Shown: positions 49,301 through 55,745, counted from the first letter of the stretch. The stretch is 64,000 bases of DNA from Terriglobales bacterium (GCA_049511255.1 JBEKYF010000005.1:32836-96835), one strand, 5' to 3'. Notes: generated by a model not told the origin, from the letters alone. Numbers and translations are program-made.

Positions 49301-50691
49301 GCGACATCTACATCACCGACACAGTGGGCAACTTGTATCTGAACAGCGTAACCTCTACCACGGCGGGGAATGTGGGCCTGTCGACCACCGTCGGCAACGT
49401 GGATCTCGACAACGCCTCCGGCACGGTTAACGACTTGAATGGCAACACAACGATTACCGCGAACGGCAACATCCTGAATGTTGCCGGCACTGCGGCTTCC
49501 ATCAATACCCAGGGCATTACGCTGAATGCGACCAACGGCAGCATCGGAACATCCGCCACTCCGTTGCGCGTGCATTCCAACGCTGGACCGGTGCTGGTCA
49601 CTCCGGCTACGGTTCAAGCGCTCGCAAACTTGGGCATCTACCTGACCGAGACGACTGGACCTCTCTACGTGAGCTCGTTTACGTCCGCCACCTCCGACAT
49701 CTACATCATTTCGGATGGTTCCATTTTCAACGGGAATTCCAGCAGTACGGCGGTCGATCTGACCGGCAACAATATCAACTTGACTTCCAACAACGGCGGC
49801 ATCGGCTCGGCGAGCCGGATGCTCATCGTGAACAACCGCAACGGCACAAATACCGTTTCAGCGACGGCTACCACGACGCCGACCGGCCACTCGCTCGACA
49901 TGTATGCTAACGGCGCTACCAATGGCAGCATTTACGTCGAGGAGAATTCGGGCGACCTGATTTCTTCTAACATGATCGAGAGCAAGACTGGCAATGTCGA
50001 TCTGCTGGTGAACAACGGCAGCGCCTGGATCAACGCCATCAACGTCTCTCCGTTTGGCAACCCGGCTACTACCAATCTGGGTCCCACGCAGAACAAGACC
50101 GTCACCGTCCTGGTTCAGGGCAACGTGCTCAACGCCAACACCATTTCCAGCCCTGACTCGCTGACCATGACCGTCAATCCTGGCACCTCGTGGACGACAA
50201 CCCCCGGTACTGACACCATCCGCGTCGGCCAAGCCGACGTCTTCAGCACCGTCACTGCCCAAGCCGACAACGTCAACATGCCGCTGGTCTACGCTCTCAA
50301 TCAGGGGAGCCTGACCAACGACATCAGCCGGCAAACCGAAGGCTTGCACTTCTTTGTCAGCGGCTGGGGCAACCCAGGTGGCTACAACTACCTGGCCAAC
50401 CTGGCTAGCAACGTCAACATCAACGTGAGTCCGTGTCCGATAGGCTGCAGCACGATTCCCGCGGTGGTGTTCAACAACCTCACCACCAACAACGCTACCG
50501 TCACTGCCGGAGAGGAATGGCTCGAGCTCGTGAACGCGATCATCGGGACGCAGGGTGCGTTCACCACCCCCTACCAGTCCACGACCCTCACCTGGAAGTC
50601 CCCGCAGCAGCAGGGCGCGACTCGTTACACGCCTTTCTACTTCTTCAACTTTGGCACCTACCAGAAGACGGATGCGAACTCCTCCTACTAG
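37396..50691 (+). CDS. two-partner-secretion exoprotein (TpsA, filamentous-haemagglutinin-like), 4431 aa
   Basis: GGAGG RBS and a signal peptide ending PINAQQ. The TPS domain reads IVPDGKTNTTV...AYNSFSTFNVAKGNTVDL...LLNLVNSQAINIWGVLNS...GNVLFADPFGMVVGKSGSVNVGALMLIT. Thousands of residues of Gly/Ala/Ser/Thr/Asn-rich beta-helix-type repeats follow. Confidence 0.9.
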   Translation: MKRIASQLLVIGLSYLLCVPINAQQQAVQQQIVPDGKTNTTVKVNGKTTDVTTSTVQGTVAYNSFSTFNVAKGNTVDLVLPSGSLDLLNLVNSQAINIWGVLNSIQNGKIGGNVLFADPFGMVVGKSGSVNVGALMLITPTKAFMDSLFTAGAPSAANTSALLSGAVPISSDGMILVQGRINTISDAVLVGQNVTNSGKIASGAVFASSQPDFSDVVNVNGLVAGNALSTQNGNIEIVAQGDFQNSGQIRTDGANNLDAGNISIQAGNDVTLSSGSLISASGEGQNSNGGGIKIWASHDAEFDQGAVIAARGGNVSGSGGAIELSAKDTVKLAGGAFNGGATDGKNGSVLVDPTDTDVAVNTPTGGADYTNTGDTFEVEPGVTIGTQNSTAGGNSGNISINETTSINIKGGATLDASATGGGTAGNVSLAVNNSVSKSWSSGSTNDNTFNTTQANASITIGSGAVIKGQDISLSATATDSKTATISETADGSRTAAPDGLCVLFGSSGSCGSNTSALSITDSILGLLNANSYAGGILSQATANIQMGGNITATGKVTIDSEASSTAKFTANGLYITYAESDATAMAQVLSGANITATGDVDVTAHSTNNLTNTGKAVAGQSNNSNTVTQTGPAVVFVYSDGSSKSIAGLEQGSTVNAANVNLLAKNENSFQTQAQPSVNGDGSSTQQYGAGAALAISNTNSSTDSHINGTVTATAAVTSDAESLDNKKETDATAVVKNSNSDDNSSNTSSANSKVTGSSNAVEIGAGVAIANDSNTASSTVGPNAVINATGNVTIEANASDKFKEDVSGSADTASTISAGGAVAIADYTNTATASVDQNADVTSGGTVDVKATAEMPNDLAADLIDVEQFLENFSVSGSVSDLKTFLGNSTSSVSGLQSAYNSIKTAYKNLTDGTTTSVSSTGQPGGGGVGVAGVVTALTANNTATAFVDQGATVKSTAATVEASATTQSTNDAGTSTAQNSKDSTQNNTGSSSPLGSFGGTYAGITYNDTATAYIADGATVNTSGGDLNVTSTANNFMANLVAAGQSSGGTLGVSGAISDVTINSKSTAYIEDQAQVNVTGNVKVDAENTTRAYQIADDTNSAQTVSIGATVGSLNINDTTDAFIGDNGTPTGYPIGQVTATGNVTVTADNLDRLMALAASSVKNSNGKTNSGGANGNGKMPSSGSSNGTNNTSDSNPQTNAGGYNFGIGVSGDVAFNNITDVTKGYISNGVTVNAAATTVSAQDQTLVVAADGGLVRSSTAGLQGSLADNSITKTTEAYTNGVTIDTGSLSVTSNSSDIVLALSAGGAGDSSSSSQVASLAGSAVDNNITNNTTASVDNSTVAGTAGGVTPTGAVTISATNRDTGYSVAGAFDYSSGDVGVGVSLDIGVLDNTVTARVGTGSNINSNNNVQVTSSDDENQLAVSADLASSADFSVAASIAYQKLTKDVEAYIADGATVKTTGGTTHDISVNANDDQGGSSLGLPSGLIQIAGTFADGSDVGLGAAGSVSTTTKTVTASIGNSSNVTASGDVDVAALTSDNLYLFAGGGAIGETAGFMGSAIFNNVNNNTSAAIGSSTVSANNVNVNANDTLNVVDAAGGYSGSSTASVGAGGDLEFIGTLGNPQTVSASIGSGANVTAANNVNVTAKQTQTAVSVAADAGFGGDVTVIGSGTVLDYNTDTFASSSGNVNAGGTLDVSADRETNLTTVAGQAALGGTAGIGIAVSFIDKSDSVYAYVGGGTSNVGGLEVSATGNDTLTPVAAGGALSEAVGVAGSAVVNILNETTDAYIGEETPTPGSIPPVNFGASGPTVNAGAGGVSVTSTSNTNLTPSVAGAIGIGIDVGAAAAADVTTITKDTTAEVYYAANVNSTGDVLVGSNSEELADSLGISGAGGVYAGVAVAASVYIINDTTNASIDDGATVKATDSVGVSSNDQTDLDLLEGHISGGIAGIGAALAFADVTKNTNAWVDGSVTAEGNGSAINADNGTFKISYVPFGSGATSYGAQVPNSNSDFSSNLMFTGERRATPNTNKVNGLAVTATSENDYNTVAAGASGGFVGVVANGSILLLNNNTKSEIGTGASIANGTDSVLVAAGTDVGHIGSALGVAGGFVGAGAGFDVSIISNNTTADITNAFVDVNGNVAVNANAGEDVVSLVAGVSGGFVGATGSVSVSELNDKTKAYISGNSATAGGNLSVNSNDTTDVLLLVGAVGGGAVGVGGSVAVDLVTKDTEAYIDNGTSTMAGGSTKVAANSSEQLSDGTIAGGGGVFAGAAGAVSVESDNSSTSATVGTGADTAGNGLTVSAQNTANATSFVGTVGGALFGATAGSVDVGNIENPTSAEIVGANVNTTGGDVDVSATETRNINSQAISGGTAIGAIQASVIDWGVSAGVNTSGAGLTTSNPLDGSSYGGGSGTVYNGADNQSNSAASQGSGMLGEFGGGSAGTQAAKGNSDLVASTGGTPVSNAVTEAPPAKGTTAEIDGGSVTSAGAVNVTSSDTTNMKLSAGGASVSAIGVGAAVDIASVNTSSTAEIIGGSQVSANGNVVVDAGRTDNVNGQALDGQLGFAFGGGAAVTVVTDKGTTDAETDATVSQTSCLQVTASTMRDDSATSGQVSVGTVGAGYSYASVNEVGNTTAQIDGGSMTLPAVQSVQVSADDNSAASASSTAISAGIISIGGGEADTTINPTVDAHIAGGTTVDTAAPTQTNPSAGDVQVLASAEEEAYSNTTGVNAGAASIGVGSIAQATSSPKIDAYINGTVNAGGDVTVAARYNYNSSDQPMSAPCDNLGINTCSDLAAQATGSAGSLFANVGNGAQAYATTSPSVSAYLNGATVTSAGTVSIHSDSGSSVYTDADSSSGTLGVSLSGDTNAISQISNENSAYVQSSTVKSNNFLLSAQSTDDAVGANASGSSLGLLAGVGTTNANSAVGGTTEAQLGGTTTINAKNDASILATVSEQASANANESSGGLGGAANTLAAVGNVNLASDSYSSVDTPQVVVPAGTTINANTSTVEADLAQALFSASANTNVYAGYGESNSTAWVFVPDDPTVYVQGNIAALQKLSIIATVNNNSSDVKTYGYANAHTTGVTGPGSTGTDDNTTDFEPSVTVGPGTTLTTDNLYIEATTPVPPSGSNPYWSNYANGTSDCICPPGSSNSEGQYTFGPGTGITLNATIIEPGTANPSLMVDASGNETGNVTAPESEDDIVVPNLINTNTASITLNTPSGFTAGASTVHDDTSWSTVTIINKSSYDLVINSIQPFSDSGAPTVSVVSDPSRNNEVFTFTSDNTTPQITIENTSPTAVTDIYLNGAITDPTGSVTMSALLGSILPLSSSNETEATTISLTANHGNIGMSGDPLNLSLVPVEGLTETAAPAVPATLDILAGQNLYASLTALEFFRPGDSVPPITNVPANLYSIEAGDAIDLNLNPGIAEIPTLETVFLNCCSGATTTMYVDVPHTVNGVYNVTHDITAGGDVLVNAPALTTLNMDTGSTITSGFASLGFTVNSGGTYSSTPIFVNYSNTIDNNNVVMQSLQQQGGNFTIAGSGALTGTGTINVLNGYTNVNITNNSNANLVMNNLSFDTPVTGTVSIFGTSESLSGTYTAGGANISLTKTNNTTSTITISENGTSGNIDLGGSINNMSGLTTISSANGNIVNTGGSSELVESNFITLNAANGAVGSSGTPINVQVDNGYINSAAKNDIALDQVTGNLLAGSISSTAGNVYLTSAGSILDGNGSSSLVSGGNITLDAIAGAIGTSSSALLIDATGNLTGQAQTGAYITQTTGPMNVNNVTSNTGNITLSASNGNVNLGTNSVDALAPNTSTASVVTINANGNINDSSTSTAISGDTIVLNSTSTTGNIGSPGNPIEVRNSLNAPGVVSGSTINGNMYVNETVGAMNVGTITSTGGTVNLSTTSGPILNGDGILGMPANVNVTAPNINLTSNGSTIGTSLNALDVNNTSSTGGLNATAPGDIYITDTVGNLYLNSVTSTTAGNVGLSTTVGNVDLDNASGTVNDLNGNTTITANGNILNVAGTAASINTQGITLNATNGSIGTSATPLRVHSNAGPVLVTPATVQALANLGIYLTETTGPLYVSSFTSATSDIYIISDGSIFNGNSSSTAVDLTGNNINLTSNNGGIGSASRMLIVNNRNGTNTVSATATTTPTGHSLDMYANGATNGSIYVEENSGDLISSNMIESKTGNVDLLVNNGSAWINAINVSPFGNPATTNLGPTQNKTVTVLVQGNVLNANTISSPDSLTMTVNPGTSWTTTPGTDTIRVGQADVFSTVTAQADNVNMPLVYALNQGSLTNDISRQTEGLHFFVSGWGNPGGYNYLANLASNVNINVSPCPIGCSTIPAVVFNNLTTNNATVTAGEEWLELVNAIIGTQGAFTTPYQSTTLTWKSPQQQGATRYTPFYFFNFGTYQKTDANSSY

Positions 50692-50812
50692 GTGTCGAAG
50701 GAAAAGATTCTCCACAGCTACACCCTGACGCAGCAGTTGAACACTATCTTCAACGACTTGCTCAAGTATTACGGACTGCCGTGATCGTGTTCTACGCGAC
50801 TGAATTCGAATT

Positions 50813-50837
50813 CTGAGGAGGGTCTTGCCCTCCTCAG
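50813..50837 (+). other. perfect 10-bp stem-loop between tpsA and tpsB
   Basis: CTGAGGAGGG-TCTTG-CCCTCCTCAG has no downstream T tract. It is more likely an attenuator or mRNA-stability element than a full terminator. Confidence 0.5.
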
Positions 50838-50874
50838 AAGATCATCACTTGGAAGTGGTCAAAGAACTGCATCT

Positions 50875-52665
50875 ATGAAGTGTTGGTGCATCCTGGTTGT
50901 GTGGGCCATTGCTGCTTGTGTGCGGCCAATCCACGCCCAGCAAGCCCTCACCATCGACCCGGGCGCGGTCCAGAAAAGATCGGAAGACACCTTCCAGTAT
51001 TACGACCTCCAGAAGAAACTTGAGGATCTGCAGCAGCAGAAATCGTCCGGCGACGCGCCCAAATCGAACCAGCCTGCAACGGGTGCTTCCGCGGGCAAGG
51101 GCAGCGTATTTTTGCTGCGTCGCGTGGTCCTCACTCCGTCCGAATTGCTCTCTTCGCAAGAACTCGCCGCCGTCTCCGCCAAATACGAAGGCCATCAGGT
51201 CTCCATCGCGGATCTGAACCGGTTGGTTGAGGACATAAACCATCTTTACTTGAGCAAGGGAGAGGTGACGGCGCGCGCGGCGTTGCCAGCCCAACAAATC
51301 ACAAATGGCGAGGTCAAGATCACCCTTATCGAGGGACGAGTCGGTAAGATCTCAATCGCGAATAGGACTCGTACGCGCGACTCGTACATCCTGAACAGCC
51401 TGCACCTCGAGCCTGGTCAGCTCATTCGTGTCGAACAGTTGCAGCAGAATCTCTCGTTTCTCAATAACACCTCGGACCTCAAAATCAAAGCCGTGCTGCA
51501 ACCTGGCGCGGAGTTCGGCACCAGCAACTTGGACCTTCAGGTCGAGGAACCACGCAACCAGAGCACCATGTTATTCTTTGACAACGCCGGCCGCGACGGC
51601 GTCGGCAACGAACGCCTGGGCCTGGTCGAGCGCTACAGCAGCCTATTGGGTCTGCGCGATCCTCTCACTGTCGGGGTCTACGGAGCTGCCGGCACGCTCG
51701 ACTATTCCACCTCCTACGAACTCCCCGTAAACCGCTGGGGGACGCGCCTGGGCGCCAACTTTGACGATAACCGGATTCAGATCCTGTCGGGTTCGACTCA
51801 AGACTATGGCGTCTCCGGCCACTCGATGAGCTCCTCGCTTAAGCTATCTCAGCCCCTGGTGGTGAATCCGCGGGTTCACTGGACCGCCTCAATGTCTGCC
51901 GACTACATCAAGTCCTTGCTTCAAAGCCAGGACACGCCGCTCAGCAACACCCTGGTGCGTTCGCTCGACTTCGCCACCAGCCTGGACATCCTTGACCACA
52001 ACGGCCTGTGGTCGTTCAGCGACACGCTCACAGTCGGATACCACAACCTGGGAGGCACGCGGGATTTCCTCAAGTACGATTCCTCTATCGTGCGCATGCA
52101 GAATCTGAAGTGGGGGCTTACCGGACTGGTTCGGCTCACGGGTCAGACCAATGCCTTGAATTATCTTCCAACCGTCGAGCAATTCCAGGTCGGCGGAGTG
52201 GCCACCGTGCGCGGCTACCCGGAAGGACGTCAGATCGGTGATCGCGGTTACACAGGAACAGCGGAACTTCAGTTTCCCGCCCCATTTCGCCGGGATCGCA
52301 TACTCGGATTGCCCCTTCGTCGCCGGCTAAGGGAAGCGCTCTTTTTTGACAGCGGCGCGGTTTACGACAGCTACCGCACTTCCGGACGCCCCCCCGGCGA
52401 CGATCGATACCTCACCAGCGTCGGCGGTGGATTGATTGTGAGCCTTTCCCGCTACTTTTCCGGCCGCTTCGATTGGGGCGTTCCCCTGCGCAACACCCAA
52501 GGCATTCCCGCCGTTAGATTCCACTTCTATTTGCAGTCCAGTCCTCCTCTGGCGGGTCTGCTGAGGAAATTCGGCCAGGCGTCGTGGGGCGCGCTGAGCA
52601 GTTCCCCTGATGCGGGAGCTGTAAGCAGCGACGGCCCTGAGCCGGATTCTACGGCTGTGGAATGA
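50875..52665 (+). CDS. ShlB/FhaC/HecB-family TpsB outer-membrane transporter
   Basis: It has a signal peptide, a POTRA region (LLRRVVLTPSELLSSQELAAVSAKYEGHQVSIADLNRLVEDINHLYLSKGEVTARAALPAQQITNGEVKITLIEGRVGKI) and a beta-barrel with FQVGGVATVRGY. It ends with a roughly 45-aa tail. Confidence 0.9.
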   Translation: MKCWCILVVWAIAACVRPIHAQQALTIDPGAVQKRSEDTFQYYDLQKKLEDLQQQKSSGDAPKSNQPATGASAGKGSVFLLRRVVLTPSELLSSQELAAVSAKYEGHQVSIADLNRLVEDINHLYLSKGEVTARAALPAQQITNGEVKITLIEGRVGKISIANRTRTRDSYILNSLHLEPGQLIRVEQLQQNLSFLNNTSDLKIKAVLQPGAEFGTSNLDLQVEEPRNQSTMLFFDNAGRDGVGNERLGLVERYSSLLGLRDPLTVGVYGAAGTLDYSTSYELPVNRWGTRLGANFDDNRIQILSGSTQDYGVSGHSMSSSLKLSQPLVVNPRVHWTASMSADYIKSLLQSQDTPLSNTLVRSLDFATSLDILDHNGLWSFSDTLTVGYHNLGGTRDFLKYDSSIVRMQNLKWGLTGLVRLTGQTNALNYLPTVEQFQVGGVATVRGYPEGRQIGDRGYTGTAELQFPAPFRRDRILGLPLRRRLREALFFDSGAVYDSYRTSGRPPGDDRYLTSVGGGLIVSLSRYFSGRFDWGVPLRNTQGIPAVRFHFYLQSSPPLAGLLRKFGQASWGALSSSPDAGAVSSDGPEPDSTAVE

Positions 52666-52810
52666 AGAGCGTGACGCTTCTACGGAGTTTAGCGCAGGCT
52701 ACCATTTTGATAACTCACTGCGGCCAGTGCTGCCCAAAGTAAGCTGCCCACTTCTCCGCACCACGATGAAATCCCTGCTGAGAAGTGCATTCTTTTACCG
52801 AAGATCTCTC

Positions 52811-52839
52811 TTGACAAAGTGCGTCCTATTTAAGATACT
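52811..52839 (+). promoter_or_regulatory. sigma70-like promoter candidate for the LuxR-type gene
   Basis: TTGACA (52811-52816), a 17-nt spacer, then GATACT (52834-52839). Confidence 0.4.
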
Positions 52840-53024
52840 GCCTCTGCTTTTGCGCCATTAGCGTCGTTCTGGGCTTCCGAGCGCCCCCCCAAAGCCGGAA
52901 CTCAATTACGAGAACATCCAGTTGATTGCGCTTTCGACTGGGACGCGTCTGGTCACGCCCATCACGGAGATGGCGGCGTGAGGGTTCGGGACGGGGCACG
53001 CTGCTTCGGATCACGGAGAACACT

Positions 53025-53651
53025 ATGTCAATGGCTCCGAGCAACAGCGGCTTTTTGCTGCTAGATGCTGGATTGAATCTGATTGCATCGAATGATCGTG
53101 CCCTTCAAATCCTCTGCTTCCCCAGCCGGGCGGATCGGATCAAGCAACCCAAAATCTTTCTTGCGGATCGGGTGCGCATCGCCCTTCTCGACCATAAGAA
53201 TCAGGACGGACCGGCTTTCGTCAAGGAATTTAGGTCGGGTAGACGTCGTTACATTTGCAAGAGCTTTCAAGTCGACTGTAAAGGACACTATCCCGTTCAG
53301 CCCGCTTTCGCTGTGCTGCTGGAGCGGGATGAAGCGAGCAGTTATTCGGCGCTTGCAGAAATCTCTGAACAGTTTGATCTGACTCAACGAGAACGTGAAA
53401 CAATAGAGTTTCTCCTACAAGGTCTCACTAGCAAGGAGATCGCAACCCGCATGAAGATCAGTCCTAACACCGTAAAGGTGTTCCTGCGGTTGGTGATGGT
53501 CAAAATGAAAGTTTCAACACGTTCTGGAATTCTTGGGAAGATTGCAGGATCAAGCCTTCGCACCAATTTGCTTGCCAACGGTGGAAGCCATTTACAAGAA
53601 CATGCCCGCGAGCTACGACAATTGGCGGAAGGAGATCAATCACCCCTGTAG
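53025..53651 (+). CDS. LuxR/FixJ-type HTH regulator with a PAS-like N-terminal domain
   Basis: The C-terminus is LTQRERETIEFLLQGLTSKEIATRMKISPNTVKVFLRLVMVKMKVSTRSGI. ATG 53025 is preferred over the ORF-track start at 52926. By eye the gene is more AT-rich than its neighbours. Confidence 0.8.
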   Translation: MSMAPSNSGFLLLDAGLNLIASNDRALQILCFPSRADRIKQPKIFLADRVRIALLDHKNQDGPAFVKEFRSGRRRYICKSFQVDCKGHYPVQPAFAVLLERDEASSYSALAEISEQFDLTQRERETIEFLLQGLTSKEIATRMKISPNTVKVFLRLVMVKMKVSTRSGILGKIAGSSLRTNLLANGGSHLQEHARELRQLAEGDQSPL

Positions 53652-53831
53652 CGTTCGATGGTGGCGTCATCTTCTCGCAAAAAGACGGCCATGGCGATCT
53701 CGCTCCATGTCACATTTATATTGTAAAATCAGTAGCTTAGCGGTTGACCTCTGCACCATTAGTTGAATCCAGAAGTAGGCAGCTATTGCATGGGCCTTGT
53801 GGCCGCTAATAACGGCGACGAGACAGGAGGG

Positions 53832-55529
53832 CTACGTGGCCGAAACCCAATTGCGGCGCTCGACAAAGGTGGGAGGTTCGTAGGTGAGTCCCCTCGCCAG
53901 CCGATTCTCCTCTCGGCGTGTGGACCACCATAGGATAGGGCCGAGCGATGCCGCGGTGAGGCGGGCGACGATCGGGAACTCCTTCTCGACTTCGCGGCGC
54001 AGCTTGTGAATGCGCTCACTCACGCTGCGATTGACTTTCTTGAATTCTTTCTCCATCACCCAGAGCGCCGCATTGTAAGCACTGCTGAGCTTCTTCACTT
54101 CCCGCTCAAACCGCTCACGGACGCGTGGATCGGGGTAGTCCTTGTAGCGTCGCCAGCCCTGGAGCATGGTCTGGCACATGCGATAAAGACTCGGCCCATT
54201 CTTCTCGAAATCACGCCAGAACGCCCAATCCAGGAACCGCTTTGAATCCTCGCGGGAGATGGCGGCGTGCCGGAAGTTGAATTTGTACTGCCCATGGACA
54301 TCGGCGAAATCAATGTCCGGCAGCAGACGGCCCTGTTCCGCCATTTCCTGGTAAAGCGGCGTGCCCGGAACCGGCGTGTAGAGCATGAACTGGTGAAAAT
54401 CGGTCTGGTGAGCGACCGCCGATTCAATTTCCTCGACGATGTTGTCGGGCGTATGGTGCTCGAGTCCGACGATCGTCGACCCTTGCACTCGTATCCCGTG
54501 TTCGCGAAGCTCGCGCGTGAGTTGCCGGACGTCATTACCCTGGAGCTTGCTATAGCCGGCCTTGGGTGACTCCAAACCCATCCACACCCAGGAAACGCCG
54601 AGTTCGACCAGTTCCAGCATGGTGTATTTTCGAATCGCATTGGCGGAAGCAAAGACCGAAAGCTCCCAGCTTTTGCCAGCCTCTTTCATGAGTTCCAACA
54701 AGCGCATGGCACGCGTGCGGTGGAGCAGGAAATTCTCGTCCATCACAAAAAAGGAATTTACTTTGAGCTCAGCTTCAATCCCGCACATCACATCAAACAG
54801 CTCATCGCCGGTCTCGTAAAAGTTGACAAACTTTCCTTTGCCGCCAAAAAAAGCGGACGTGGTACAGAAGTTGCAACCCATGGGGCAGCCCACTGATGGA
54901 ATGATGGTTGCCGCCGTGCCGCCCTTGCGATTCGGAAGGCGGATTCCCATGATGCGTGTCTCCAGACCGGAGACAATGGCGGGATGGCGGATCGGTGCGT
55001 GCTCGTCCTCTCCCAGGTACCGGCGCATCCAGGAGATACCTTCTCCGCGCACGATGTGATCGGCGTCGATCATGACCTCCACGCCGGGAATGGCAGCCAC
55101 GTGTCCGCCCACCACGATCACGGAATCCGGTGATAGCTCACGCACCATGCGGCACATCTCCCGCACCTTGCCAACGTTCACGATGATCGCAGAGATCCCC
55201 ACGATGTCGTAGTGGTTCGTGGTTAATTCGCGGGCAAAGGCTTTGCGGGTGGGGAAATCCAGCACGCTGCACGGCGCCGAAATATTTTCCTGAATCATCA
55301 TGATGCCCCAGGAGCGATGGAACATGCGCAGCGAGAAGCTACCTTGCGCGCGCGTGACCTGGTTGTGATAGAGCTCCATGGGGTTAATGGACCGGCTGCC
55401 AAATTCGTCGTCTTGCGCATAAGGCCCGAAGACCGAACTCAACAGAATGCGAGCGTGACTCTTCTTGGGATGAGTTTCCATTTTTTTTTGAATTTCGAGA
55501 GATTCGTTATTTGAAGAATAGTTGCTCAT
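53832..55529 (-). CDS. B12-binding-domain radical SAM protein (class B type), substrate unknown
   Basis: 565 aa. It has an N-terminal Rossmann-like cobalamin-binding region (YDIVGISAII...VIVVGGHVAA) and the CPMGCNFC CxxxCxxC cluster. The start could be the second ATG at 55481. Confidence 0.85.
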   Translation of the reverse strand: MSNYSSNNESLEIQKKMETHPKKSHARILLSSVFGPYAQDDEFGSRSINPMELYHNQVTRAQGSFSLRMFHRSWGIMMIQENISAPCSVLDFPTRKAFARELTTNHYDIVGISAIIVNVGKVREMCRMVRELSPDSVIVVGGHVAAIPGVEVMIDADHIVRGEGISWMRRYLGEDEHAPIRHPAIVSGLETRIMGIRLPNRKGGTAATIIPSVGCPMGCNFCTTSAFFGGKGKFVNFYETGDELFDVMCGIEAELKVNSFFVMDENFLLHRTRAMRLLELMKEAGKSWELSVFASANAIRKYTMLELVELGVSWVWMGLESPKAGYSKLQGNDVRQLTRELREHGIRVQGSTIVGLEHHTPDNIVEEIESAVAHQTDFHQFMLYTPVPGTPLYQEMAEQGRLLPDIDFADVHGQYKFNFRHAAISREDSKRFLDWAFWRDFEKNGPSLYRMCQTMLQGWRRYKDYPDPRVRERFEREVKKLSSAYNAALWVMEKEFKKVNRSVSERIHKLRREVEKEFPIVARLTAASLGPILWWSTRREENRLARGLTYEPPTFVERRNWVSAT

Positions 55530-55745
55530 CAGACCGCTTCGCGGTGATCCTGGTTACATTACAAAACTATTACGTGCACGAAAGACATGCCCCTGCGAGC
55601 AAGACGCGATGGGGAACGCATTTGGGCGGTTGACTTCAGAGAGGCGCCCTTATTCTGTTATTCTGTGCGCAAATCACTCTGAGGTGTGTCGCACGTCACA
55701 GATCGCAGTAACGACAAGTATTGTACTGACGAGGGAGAGCTTGCC

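Noticed and set aside
37396-50691. TpsA as a contact-dependent inhibition (CdiA-type) toxin with a downstream immunity gene.
   Set aside because: I found no VENN or pretoxin motif and no distinct toxin-like C-terminal domain. The next real gene is the TpsB transporter, so there is no immunity candidate apart from a doubtful 30-codon frame.
53652-53831. 31-codon minus-strand ORF (MVQRSTAKLLILQYKCDMERDRHGRLFARR) downstream of the B12-rSAM gene, as a possible RiPP precursor.
   Set aside because: It has no RBS, no leader or core features, and no peptidase or transporter partners. It sits in a convergent gap and is most likely chance.
55479-55489. A9/T9 homopolymer near the 5' end of the rSAM gene, as a possible phase-variation tract.
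   Set aside because: It is a single short tract. It may simply lie upstream of the true start (ATG 55481), and nothing in the sequence indicates slippage. It is noted only as a start-codon ambiguity.
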